From Candidatus Altimarinota bacterium (GTDB taxonomy: Bacteria > Patescibacteriota > Gracilibacteria > 1-14-2-50-48-13), in NCBI GenBank assembly GCA_046314355.1, contig JBKBWQ010000001.1:64001-128000 (forward strand): DNA of 64,000 bases, given 5' to 3'. The notes under the pieces are model-generated. The model saw only the letters and a list, made by a program, of their open reading frames with translations. It ran no database searches and was not told where the DNA came from. Shown in pieces: positions 39,076 to 48,135 of the stretch. The first letter of the stretch is position 1. Every line of letters begins with the position of its first letter. Position numbers and translations under genes: made by a program.

Positions 39076-39948
39076 TTATACTCCTATTTTCCAAGTCCCC
39101 CTTTCTCTAAAAGCAGGTATAGTCTGTCTCTTTGCAGCATTCAGCAAAGTATGAATTCCGAGTTCATTGATTTTTGCAAACTCCGAGAGTTTCATTATTT
39201 TTTTTCCTTCGAGATAGGCTAGTCTCTTGTGCAGAGATTCCCGCATTGCCTTCGTGAAAACCTTCAGCATTGGGCTATGAATTTCTTTATCATCATACAT
39301 TTTAATGGCTTCATAGTATTTCTGCTTCTCCTTGTTACGCAATATTACAGGTGGGAAGCCTGCATTCTGAAGCTGAAAATTGATAAGTATTCGTCCGATT
39401 CGTCCGTTACCGTCGCAGAAAGGATGTATGTGTTCAAACTCCAGGTGGAAGCGCACAATATTTACCAATGGAGAAAGATCCACATTGCTGTTGTATTTTG
39501 TAACCGCAGCAGTCATGAGACTTTGAAGCTGTTCCGGCGCAGGAGCTATGTATTTTCCTACCCGTACATATTCTCCTGGTCCTCGAAGCCGTCCTGCAAT
39601 TCCATCCTCTATATTTGAAATGAGCATTTTGTGAAGAAGGAGAATAAGTTCTAGTGAAAATTCCTTTTTCCCGTGAGTAGGACGAAGATACTCTGTTACT
39701 TGTGCAAGATTCTTTGCTTCAAATACTTCTCTGAGGGATAAATTCCGGCTTACTTCCATATCCAAAAGAATCTTTTCTGTATCAAGAAGTGTCAGTGTTG
39801 AATTTTCTATGGCATTTGAATTATAGACGCTCTCAGGGATCTCAGCTTCATCAATAAGCACAAGCAGAGACTCTTTTCCTTGTCTTTGTTCTTCATACCG
39901 CGCTCTTAGTTCCTTAAGAGAATAGTTCTGCAAAGTGTTCTCTTCCAT
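39076..39948 (-). CDS. Fic family protein (class II-like) with C-terminal Xis/HTH_17-like domain
   Basis: HPFCDGNGRIGR catalytic motif; SNAIEN inhibitory motif; C-terminal LSEFAK..TLLNAAKRQTIPAFRERGTWKI. Confidence 0.92.
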   Translation of the reverse strand: MEENTLQNYSLKELRARYEEQRQGKESLLVLIDEAEIPESVYNSNAIENSTLTLLDTEKILLDMEVSRNLSLREVFEAKNLAQVTEYLRPTHGKKEFSLELILLLHKMLISNIEDGIAGRLRGPGEYVRVGKYIAPAPEQLQSLMTAAVTKYNSNVDLSPLVNIVRFHLEFEHIHPFCDGNGRIGRILINFQLQNAGFPPVILRNKEKQKYYEAIKMYDDKEIHSPMLKVFTKAMRESLHKRLAYLEGKKIMKLSEFAKINELGIHTLLNAAKRQTIPAFRERGTWKIGV

Positions 39949-40086
39949 ATAACTTAAAAGTAAGAATATACTCTTATTATAGTTAATTTTCTTTAAAAGT
40001 AAACAATATTAACGTTTTTAATTAATTAATTCGTTAATATTTGCAATAAATACATAAAATTAACAGTATTTGCTGATAAATAAAAC

Positions 40087-40551
40087 TTATAAATAGTGAA
40101 TTCCTTCCTCTTTAGTTTTCTTTAAGGTATCGATACCGTAGATTTTTAGTGCTTCTAAAAAAGTCATCTCCTCTACATCATCAGGAACTGTACTCCTCTC
40201 TTTATCAGATAATAGGGCATGGTCTATTTTTGAATAATAGAAGGGAACAATTAAGGTCTTACCTAATTTGTCTATAAACTCAGCATTAACAACTTTATTC
40301 TGACCAAGTAATCGGCTGATCTCCTCAGCAGTAAAAAATATTTCAAATTCCCAAAAGTTCTCAGGTGTAATACCATATGGATTTTTATTGAAGATGAGAG
40401 TAGCAGGATTCAGAGCAACTCTTATGTGTTGTATAACTTCCTTGAACTTTGGTTCAGGGGCTGCAAGTAGTTTTTTAACTTCTTCTGCAGTATCTATTGA
40501 ATTCTCGCTTAATATATCATTGTTTTTACTTTCTTCGTTGAGTGAAGTCAT
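40087..40551 (-). CDS. Hypothetical acidic protein
   Basis: 154-aa ATG ORF filling the gap, no recognisable motif. Confidence 0.65.
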   Translation of the reverse strand: MTSLNEESKNNDILSENSIDTAEEVKKLLAAPEPKFKEVIQHIRVALNPATLIFNKNPYGITPENFWEFEIFFTAEEISRLLGQNKVVNAEFIDKLGKTLIVPFYYSKIDHALLSDKERSTVPDDVEEMTFLEALKIYGIDTLKKTKEEGIHYL

Positions 40552-40629
40552 ATGAGAGAGGGTAAAAGCATGAAAAGATCTATCTATATTTTAGAAGATT
40601 TTTACAAAATGAACATACGAGAAATAAGA

Positions 40630-41214
40630 CTAATGGAATTTCTCTCCTTTTTTCAGCATTTCAAGCAGCTGATCAAATCTTTTTTGTCTTGTTTCAGACT
40701 TCTTTGCCGAAGTTAATCTAAAGAAAATACTAAATTTGTTGGTATTTGATAATTTTTCATAAAAAGATTTAGCCTCAGGAAACTTATCAAGTTCTTTTAG
40801 AAAATCCTCAGGCATAACCATATTTTTTTGAGATTCATATGCTGCATTCCATCTTCCATCAGCTTTTGCTTTATCAATCTCTATCTGACCTGCAGGCTGC
40901 ATCCGCCCTTCTTTTGTAAGTCTTTCTACATAAAGTGTATTTCTCTTTGACCATATGCTTTTAGCACGACGCGGTGTGAATTTCTGAAGCCACGAAGTTT
41001 CATCATATTTCTTACCTTGACCATCAATCCAGCCGAAACACAGTGCTTCATCAAGAGCGAGGGCATAATTGATACTTTTTATTTCCGAGTCTTTTTTAAA
41101 CATATGCAGCCAGATACCATCTACAGAATCGTGATTTTGCACTAGCCAATCATGCCAATCTTTCTGGGTAGGGAAAGAGAGTATGGGATATTTTGAAACA
41201 TCTGGAGTTGGCAT
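40630..41214 (-). CDS. YdeI/OmpD-associated family protein
   Basis: WHDWL..NH, ALDEALCFGWIDG, FTPRRAKSIWSKRN, AKKSETRQKR. Confidence 0.92.
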   Translation of the reverse strand: MPTPDVSKYPILSFPTQKDWHDWLVQNHDSVDGIWLHMFKKDSEIKSINYALALDEALCFGWIDGQGKKYDETSWLQKFTPRRAKSIWSKRNTLYVERLTKEGRMQPAGQIEIDKAKADGRWNAAYESQKNMVMPEDFLKELDKFPEAKSFYEKLSNTNKFSIFFRLTSAKKSETRQKRFDQLLEMLKKGEKFH

Positions 41215-41221
41215 GTGGTAA

Positions 41222-41860
41222 TTAATTATTTTCTTGGATAGTTTTTAATACTCTTTCTGCAAGGACTTTGTGCGAATCTTCAGTCATATGTACTCCGTCT
41301 GACCCAGTGAGTAAATCGCTACCATTAATATACAAACACTTATGTTTTTCAGATAATGATTTATAAATTTCAGCAAGTTTCTTTGATTTTTCTTCTGCAC
41401 CATCATATTTTCCCTTAGTATAGTCTGTATTTTCATTAACTCTTGGCGGTGCTATGACTATGAGCTTTGGAGTAGTATCTCGAAACTGTGATTTCCTCTC
41501 TAAAATCTTAATAATAAAAAATTCTTCCAGTAATTCACCGATTTTCTCAGCAGAATTAAGAAAAGCACTTTTCAATTCATTGGTACCTAGCATCAGTGCG
41601 ACAAAATCTAAAGGATCATGTGAATCAAGACAGGGAAGTATATAATCGCTTCCTTTTCTGCCTTCTTTGCCTGGTCTTGGATCCTCAGAGACAAGTGTTC
41701 TACTGTTAAGACCTTCTTCTATTACTTCAAAGTTACTTCCTAGAAGAGATTGCAGTAATTTAGGATAACGAACTTCCTCCGAGTAGCGTTCGTGGTGAGA
41801 ACCAGGAATATATCCCCAAGTGTTAGAATCTCCAAAACACAAAATGCGTTTTTTATCCAT
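41222..41860 (-). CDS. SGNH/GDSL hydrolase
   Basis: CFGDSNTWG, EEGLNSR, MLGTNE, DGVH. Confidence 0.92.
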   Translation of the reverse strand: MDKKRILCFGDSNTWGYIPGSHHERYSEEVRYPKLLQSLLGSNFEVIEEGLNSRTLVSEDPRPGKEGRKGSDYILPCLDSHDPLDFVALMLGTNELKSAFLNSAEKIGELLEEFFIIKILERKSQFRDTTPKLIVIAPPRVNENTDYTKGKYDGAEEKSKKLAEIYKSLSEKHKCLYINGSDLLTGSDGVHMTEDSHKVLAERVLKTIQENN

Positions 41861-41869
41861 ATAATAAAC

Positions 41870-42310
41870 TTATATTTTTTTTAAATCTAAAGCTGTAATT
41901 TTTGAAATACTCCTTTCTATTAACGCTTTTGTTGTATCAACTATAGTAACTTCAAATATCTGGTCTAAAGGAAACCATTTATAATTTGAAATTTCGTCAT
42001 TTGTGTTCAAGTTTTTTATTTCCTCATCTGAGGCATATGCCAGATAATCAATAAAATGAAATCGGGCATTTGATCTATGAAAATCCGTACTTGGCTCCTT
42101 CACTTTTTCTCCGAGTTTTTCTATTATTTTTACTGTTATATTCAGTTCTTCCTGTATTTCTCTTGTAAATCCGTCTTCATCGGTCTCGCCTTCTTCAACA
42201 GTACCACCAGGGACTACCCAGGCATTCCATTTTGGACTTTCTGCTAAGAATATTTCCTTTTTATTATTGATAATTATGCCTCCTGCAACCCGCTTTTCAA
42301 AAATATCCAT
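41870..42310 (-). CDS. NUDIX hydrolase
   Basis: Nudix box PGGTVEEGETDEDGFTREIQEELN. Confidence 0.92.
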   Translation of the reverse strand: MDIFEKRVAGGIIINNKKEIFLAESPKWNAWVVPGGTVEEGETDEDGFTREIQEELNITVKIIEKLGEKVKEPSTDFHRSNARFHFIDYLAYASDEEIKNLNTNDEISNYKWFPLDQIFEVTIVDTTKALIERSISKITALDLKKI

Positions 42311-42485
42311 AAGGTTAATCTTTATTAAAATAGGAACTAAATTTGGAAATAGGTACTATCTTGGCAACTCTTGATTCATAGGTTGCGTAAACTTACTGAA
42401 GTATATGCAATTTTTGTTTGAAGGCAAGCGGGCTCTTCTAGATTGACTTATGCGATATATGAGTATAATAAACATATAATTATTT

Positions 42486-42676
42486 ATGACGACTACCGTG
42501 TTTACAACGACAAAAGCGACTATAATGAGTGATGGTTCGACATTCAGAAGGATGTTTGGGCAATACTTTCTCTTTAGGAAAGTACAGTAGGCAGATTGCA
42601 ATGAGGAGATAACTATCTCTGTTATTTGTAATTGTGCCTTATCTGAATACCCGCAGGCTAGTACCTCGGTTTTTTT
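42486..42676 (+). promoter_or_regulatory. Candidate leader-peptide attenuator upstream of ABC-F gene
   Basis: uORF 42486-42590 (MTTTVFTTTKATIM..., 34 aa), long hairpin 42589-42649, terminator-like CCG-C-AGG/CCT-CGG plus T7 at 42651-42676; TTGACT...TATAAT at 42443-42469. Confidence 0.6.
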
Positions 42677-42695
42677 GCTTATAACACGATTTTTT

Positions 42696-44114
42696 ATGTT
42701 ACAAATTTCAAATATTACTATATCACATGGAGGACACACATTCCTGGAACAGTGCTCCTTTAGTCTGGAAGGAAAGTCCAGAAAACGCATAGCTTTACTT
42801 GGTACAAATGGTTCAGGGAAGTCCTCTCTCTTAAAAGTCATGGCGGGAGTGGATGAGGTCTCGGCCGGAACAATTTCTTTATCTCGTGAATCTATTGGAT
42901 ACGTAACGCAGGAGATCTCTCTCCCTGAAGATCAGATGATCGGAGAATATATGGAGGCTCTTCTGGAGGAATCCTGGATGTCTTACAAAATACAGCTAGT
43001 TCTGGAAGAAGTGGGACTTTCAGAATATATTATTTTACAAAATATTACTTCTCTCTCTGGAGGAGAAAAAGTGAGACTCGGTATTGCCATAGGCTTGCTG
43101 CTGGAGCCTACTATTTTATTACTTGATGAACCAACGAACCATTTAGATACACACGGTCTTCTCTGGCTTGGAGCATTTGTACAAAATTTTCCCGGAACCA
43201 TCATGCTCATTACTCATGATAGAACATTTATAAATACGTATATGACTGAGCTTTGGGAGATAGATACAGCTATGGCTTCTATCAAAAAATATACAGGAAA
43301 CTATGAGGCGTATTTAGCAGAGAAAGAGCGGTTACTTGCTCAGGAAGTGCAGGAATATGAATGGTATCAGAAGCATATTGATGAGATAGTCATGTGGCTC
43401 AAAGCCAATGAGTTTCATCCTAAGTATCAGTTCTCTGACCGCGTACTCTCCCGCAAAAAAGCTCTTGAAAACTATACCAAGAACCAGCCTCCTCGACCTG
43501 TAATACGTCCTCCTATGAGTCCGCTAGAATCTAAGGATATTAGTGAGCAGCGTCTTGTAAAAGTTGTCATTCAAAGTAAATGTATTGGTGATAAAAGCAT
43601 TCTCTTGAATAAAGAAATCATAGTGCGTACTGGAGATAGAATTAGAATATCAGGACCAAACGGAAGCGGGAAGTCTACACTGCTCAAAATACTTTCAAAA
43701 GTAGATAAGGACTTTGCAGGAGAATATATATCAAGTGAAACTTTAAGGATCGGATATTTGGCACAGGAAGTAGCTTTGCCAAAGGAGCGGAAAGTTCTTG
43801 AATATATTCGTGAAGTGATGCATACCAATGATACAACTGCGAGAGGAATCCTGACACATTTTCTGTTTACTGCGGGGCAGATGGAGCAGAGGATAGGGAA
43901 CTTGAGTTTTGGCGAAGAAAAGCGACTAAAGCTTGCTCTTATCCTGCAGGACAAGCCCAATCTATTGATTCTAGATGAACCTACGAATCATCTGGATGTG
44001 CAGTCGAGAGAGGATCTAGAGAGGTTCTTGGCTACAGTGCAGACGATGGTGGTGGTGACTCATGATACGTATTTCGCTGAGAAGATGGGATTTTCTAAGG
44101 AAATAGAATTGTAA
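42696..44114 (+). CDS. ABC-F family ATP-binding protein (ribosome-associated)
   Basis: Two NBDs (GTNGSGKS, LSGGE, LLDEPTNHLD; GPNGSGKS, LSFGE, ILDEPTNHLD), no TMs; ATG at 42696. Confidence 0.93.
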   Translation: MLQISNITISHGGHTFLEQCSFSLEGKSRKRIALLGTNGSGKSSLLKVMAGVDEVSAGTISLSRESIGYVTQEISLPEDQMIGEYMEALLEESWMSYKIQLVLEEVGLSEYIILQNITSLSGGEKVRLGIAIGLLLEPTILLLDEPTNHLDTHGLLWLGAFVQNFPGTIMLITHDRTFINTYMTELWEIDTAMASIKKYTGNYEAYLAEKERLLAQEVQEYEWYQKHIDEIVMWLKANEFHPKYQFSDRVLSRKKALENYTKNQPPRPVIRPPMSPLESKDISEQRLVKVVIQSKCIGDKSILLNKEIIVRTGDRIRISGPNGSGKSTLLKILSKVDKDFAGEYISSETLRIGYLAQEVALPKERKVLEYIREVMHTNDTTARGILTHFLFTAGQMEQRIGNLSFGEEKRLKLALILQDKPNLLILDEPTNHLDVQSREDLERFLATVQTMVVVTHDTYFAEKMGFSKEIEL

Positions 44115-44118
44115 TCAA

Positions 44119-44152
44119 AAATAAAGCCTCTGAATCTTCAGAGGCTTTATTT
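44119..44152. terminator. Bidirectional intrinsic terminator
   Basis: AAATAAAGCCTCTGAA / TTCAGAGGCTTTATTT. Confidence 0.85.
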
Positions 44153-44171
44153 AAAGTAATTTTTGATACAT

Positions 44172-44597
44172 TTAAGCTACATTATATTTCTTCTTCATCT
44201 CCTTCACAGAATCCACAATAATCTCTTTTAAAATCTCAATATCTATTTGCCCAAGCCTATTAATATAGAGACATGCTTTACTCTTCTTGAATCTGCCAAG
44301 TTTTTCCAGAAGATCATCGTATTTTTCAAATCCAGGCATAATGTAAATAGTGAGATTTGCTTTTCTTGGAGAGAATCCTGTCATTGGCCAATCGCCTTCT
44401 TGTGCACTTTTTTCTGATTTATAGTGATATTGTCCAAAACCTATGATGCTGTCTCCCCACATAGTAGCCTTTTCACCGGTCACATCTTCAAATATTTTTA
44501 GTAGAGTATGGGAATCTTCTCTTTTTCGCGGATCTTCGATTTTATTAATAAAATCTTCAACATTCATATCATTCTTTATTGTTTTGAGTTCAGACAT
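44172..44597 (-). CDS. DUF1801 domain protein
   Basis: MWGDSIIGFGQYHY, GFSPRKANLTIY, LGRFKKSKACLYI. Confidence 0.9.
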   Translation of the reverse strand: MSELKTIKNDMNVEDFINKIEDPRKREDSHTLLKIFEDVTGEKATMWGDSIIGFGQYHYKSEKSAQEGDWPMTGFSPRKANLTIYIMPGFEKYDDLLEKLGRFKKSKACLYINRLGQIDIEILKEIIVDSVKEMKKKYNVA

Positions 44598-44732
44598 AAA
44601 AGGAGCTTTTAAAAAATGGTAAATTTATTATAGAGATATTTTGTTGTGAGCATATAGCAAAACTTCATTTGAGAGGGCTATTTATAGCTATGAAAATAGC
44701 TATACTCAGTTCTTTATTTTGCGTAATTATAC

Positions 44733-44759
44733 AAAAAAATAACTTCATGAATGAAGTTA
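44733..44759 (-). terminator. Terminator downstream of tRNA-Asp
   Basis: TAACTTCAT / ATGAAGTTA hairpin, with an A-run on its left (U-tract on minus strand). Confidence 0.6.
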
Positions 44760-44800
44760 CATAATATCGATGTGCCATTCAATACCCAAAGGGCGAAGAA

Positions 44801-44878
44801 TGGCGGAATGGACGAGACTCGAACTCGCGACCTCGGCAGTGACAGTGCCGCGCTCTAACCAAACTGAGCTACCACTCC
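44801..44878 (-). tRNA. tRNA-Asp (GTC)
   Basis: Reverse complement GGAGTGG..GCTCAGTTTGGTTAGAGC..CGGCA-CTGTCAC-TGCCG..GCGAG-TTCGAGT-CTCGT-CCATTCC-G-CCA. Confidence 0.97.
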
Positions 44879-44999
44879 AAATTTTCAAACTACGTAGCGG
44901 AGTATACGGAATGGGGGCAGATTTTGCAAGCTTTTTTCTATAAAAAGATATAGTTAGTAGAGAAAGAGGTGAAAAGCATGCAGTTCACACGCCTGAAAA

Positions 45000-45028
45000 T
45001 TGACCTCCGGCTTTTCCTTGGGTAGTAT
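45000..45028 (+). promoter_or_regulatory. Candidate sigma70 promoter
   Basis: TTGACC-17 bp-TAGTAT, 29 bp before ATG 45058. Confidence 0.5.
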
Positions 45029-45057
45029 GAAAGTAGGTTTAGTATTTATGCGAGTGG

Positions 45058-46122
45058 ATGAATATTTTCAAAAACATAAAATGGCATGGGTTTATAAGCG
45101 CACTGATGATTTTGGGGTTTTTGATTCTCTCAACTGTGCTTTTTTACCGTGGGGAGCGCACTATTGATTTTTCGAAAGTAGCTCAGGTATCTATTCCAAT
45201 CACTTCTACTGGCAGTGCTGTATTTGCGGAAGGGACACTTGTTTCTGTCACAGGATTTCTTGATGTAAAAAACTATCTTGGTGATGATCTTTTGTTGCAT
45301 CCAGGTCCATATCTGCTGCTTAAAAGAGTAGTAGAGATGTATTCGTGGAAGGAAGAGATTGTACCTTCCCATGATAGTCCGGAAGGTGCTGTATTTAACT
45401 ATTATAAAGACTGGACAGCAAAGCCGCCTGAGAGTAAGAATTTTAGAAAGCCGGAGGGACATACTAATCCTCCTCTAAAGATACAGGGAATTACTTTATA
45501 TAATACCTTTGCGACGGTTGACGGCTATTTTATTGATCCTGAACGTATGGTACTGCCGGTGCCTATGAACCTTCCAATGACACCGGATATGATTGCTCTT
45601 GAGAATACTGGTGAAGAAAATTTTAGTAGCTCTGGAAGTTTATTTACGCATATTAGCGATATAGGATCAGGGGCAGTGCTGCCTGTATTAGGTACAGGTG
45701 CACTACTTAGAGATTTACGACTAGAGGGGAAATATTTGTATGTAGGGAAAGGTACGAGTATTTCTCCCCAAGTTGGTGATATACGTATTCATTATGAAGT
45801 AATCAAGGCTGGAGAATTAGTTACAGCCTTTGGCGGTTTATTTGGAAATGAATTAAGACCTTTCATATTTAATGATATAGATGCTCTTTCATCCCTTGCG
45901 CGGGGCGATCGGGAGACCGCAATATTTGGTATGAAAATAGATTATCATGTGGAGCAGAATATATGGAGAGTATTTGCTATAATGATTATTTGGATTGCAA
46001 TGCAGCAGATGCTAGGTGAAGATACGCTTCTTAAACAGATTAAACATAAAGGTATCTTTCAGCTTATTGTGATTAGTCTTATGAGTGTTGTAATTATTAT
46101 TTGTATACAGTTTTTTCAGTAG
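45058..46122 (+). CDS. TMEM43 (DUF1625) family membrane protein
   Basis: LKRVVEMYSWKE, F..PEGHTNP, PQVGDIRIHY, C-terminal TMs. Confidence 0.82.
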   Translation: MNIFKNIKWHGFISALMILGFLILSTVLFYRGERTIDFSKVAQVSIPITSTGSAVFAEGTLVSVTGFLDVKNYLGDDLLLHPGPYLLLKRVVEMYSWKEEIVPSHDSPEGAVFNYYKDWTAKPPESKNFRKPEGHTNPPLKIQGITLYNTFATVDGYFIDPERMVLPVPMNLPMTPDMIALENTGEENFSSSGSLFTHISDIGSGAVLPVLGTGALLRDLRLEGKYLYVGKGTSISPQVGDIRIHYEVIKAGELVTAFGGLFGNELRPFIFNDIDALSSLARGDRETAIFGMKIDYHVEQNIWRVFAIMIIWIAMQQMLGEDTLLKQIKHKGIFQLIVISLMSVVIIICIQFFQ

Positions 46123-46194
46123 CTTACGTTGAGCTTGCCTTGTTTTTATCCGTAAGGTTCCTATACTAAGGATACATATTTTTTATGTTTTGAA

Positions 46195-46806
46195 ATGATT
46201 GGATACCTGAAAGGAATAGTATTGGTGGAGCTTGAAAGAAGCATATTGCTTGATGTCTCTGGTGTAGGATATGAAGTGTTTGTACCGGAGCGGGTGCGGA
46301 TGACTCTCACTGCTGGTGAAGCTGCTGAATTTTATATCTACACTCATGTGCGTGAGGATACTCTTCAGTTATTCGGATTTCCTACATTTCCTGAAAGACG
46401 TGTATTTATTATGCTGCTTTCTGTAAATGGAGTAGGACCAAAGTCTGCTCTTGAAATCATGAATCTTTCTCTTGGTGATCTGGCCCAGGCAATTTCTTCG
46501 GGTGATGCTCTAAGAGTGCAGAAAGTGCCAGGCATTGGTAAAAAAACTGCTGAAAGAATTATCATCGACCTTGAAGATAAGATGTTGGAATTTGCTGGTA
46601 TGTCTTCAGAGGGCACATCGAACACTAGCAAAAAAGGCAGTACAAGCGGTCTTGAGCTTGAGCATCAGGATGTGGTAGATGGACTTATGGTATTAGGATA
46701 TGACCGCAAATATATTCTTGAAATTCTCCAAAAACTGGATAGCGAACATGATCTTTCAGTTCTTTCCGCGGAGGAAATTATAAAGCTTTGTCTTCGTTAT
46801 CTATAA
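46195..46806 (+). CDS. ruvA: Holliday junction branch migration protein RuvA
   Basis: MIGYLKG, GVGYEV, HVRED..LFGF, VNGVGPKSAL, VPGIGKKTAERI. Confidence 0.97.
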   Translation: MIGYLKGIVLVELERSILLDVSGVGYEVFVPERVRMTLTAGEAAEFYIYTHVREDTLQLFGFPTFPERRVFIMLLSVNGVGPKSALEIMNLSLGDLAQAISSGDALRVQKVPGIGKKTAERIIIDLEDKMLEFAGMSSEGTSNTSKKGSTSGLELEHQDVVDGLMVLGYDRKYILEILQKLDSEHDLSVLSAEEIIKLCLRYL

Positions 46807-46810
46807 AATT

Positions 46811-48064
46811 ATGGAATTTAGAAAAATATTTGCTACTGCTTTTTTATCGCTTTTTATAGCCGGTACTACATTATCTGCAGCTTATGCTCAGACAGCAGAT
46901 GAATTAGAAGCCGTGACGTCAGAGTCAGAAGCTCCAGCTATAGATGCTGCTGAACCGCAGGCAGTACCTACTTTTTCTATCGCTGAAAAAACAGATGTCT
47001 ATGTGGAAGCAGTAGTTACAAGAGTAGATGAGAGGGAAGAGCTGATTACTCCTGAAGATGGTGAATATAATGGTGCTCTAGAGGGAATTCAGAAGAGACT
47101 TATTCAACAGGTGGAAATCAAAGTATTTTCCAAGGGAGACTTTGAAGGAAAGGTATTTTCTACCGAAAATAGCGTCGCTAACCGTCCAAAGGATATTACC
47201 CTAAAGAAGGGAGATAGAGTTATAGCAGATATTATTCAGACAAAAGGAAGCGATAAACTTGAAGTAAATGTGATTGATTTTAGCAGGAATACAGTCATGT
47301 GGGCTTTTCTATTGGCTTTCACTATTGCGATTATTGCTTTTGGTGGCAGAAAAGGACTTGCAGCTGTACTAGGACTTGTAGTGACTTTTGTCATTATCTT
47401 TGCAGTATTTATTCCTTTTATTATGCAAGGCGGCAATCCAATGTGGCTTGCCATAGGGACGTCCATTGTGGTGACATTTCTTGTGCATATCTTTGTTGGA
47501 GGTTTCTCTCCTAAATCCCTCTCTTCCACAGCTGGTACTGCGGGAGGTATGTTAGTTGCAGGTCTATTTGCAAGTATTGCCACTGGGATGTCGCATCTGC
47601 ATGGTATTTCCACTGATGATTCTGTGAATCTTTTCTTGAAAAATCCAAATCTTGATTTTCACGGAATATTTCTTGCAGGTATCATTATAGGAAGTCTGGG
47701 AGCGGTAATGGATATCGGTATTTCCATCAGTTCCGCCATAAGTGAAGTAAAGTCTCACGCACCTCAGGCTACCTTCAAACAGCTGTTTACTGCAGGTATG
47801 AATATCGGTAAGGACACGCTTGGTACGATGACAAACACACTTGTACTTGCCTATGCTGGTAGTGCTCTTCCGCTTATTTTAATAATGGTCCTCTCTGCGA
47901 CCAACTGGAACATGGCCATAGGATACGATTTTATTGCTGATGAAATTGTGAGAAGTATGGCAGGTGCATTTGGACTTCTTGTTACTATTCCTATTACCGC
48001 ATATGTAAGCGCACTTCTTGAAATAAAACAAAGCGAGAAGAATGCAGCTAAGATATCATCATAA
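46811..48064 (+). CDS. YibE/F family membrane protein
   Basis: GSLGAVMDIGISISS, GMNIGKD..GTMTNTLVLAYAG. Confidence 0.92.
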   Translation: MEFRKIFATAFLSLFIAGTTLSAAYAQTADELEAVTSESEAPAIDAAEPQAVPTFSIAEKTDVYVEAVVTRVDEREELITPEDGEYNGALEGIQKRLIQQVEIKVFSKGDFEGKVFSTENSVANRPKDITLKKGDRVIADIIQTKGSDKLEVNVIDFSRNTVMWAFLLAFTIAIIAFGGRKGLAAVLGLVVTFVIIFAVFIPFIMQGGNPMWLAIGTSIVVTFLVHIFVGGFSPKSLSSTAGTAGGMLVAGLFASIATGMSHLHGISTDDSVNLFLKNPNLDFHGIFLAGIIIGSLGAVMDIGISISSAISEVKSHAPQATFKQLFTAGMNIGKDTLGTMTNTLVLAYAGSALPLILIMVLSATNWNMAIGYDFIADEIVRSMAGAFGLLVTIPITAYVSALLEIKQSEKNAAKISS

Positions 48065-48135
48065 AAAAATGTGTAGATGAAGGTTGAAGCTGCACATTTA
48101 ATTACTTATTTACTCACTTACTAATTACTTATCCT

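Noticed and set aside
42356-42841. 161-aa minus-strand ORF
   Set aside because: Overlaps the ABC-F start antisense, has no recognisable motif, and the region is better explained as a leader/attenuator
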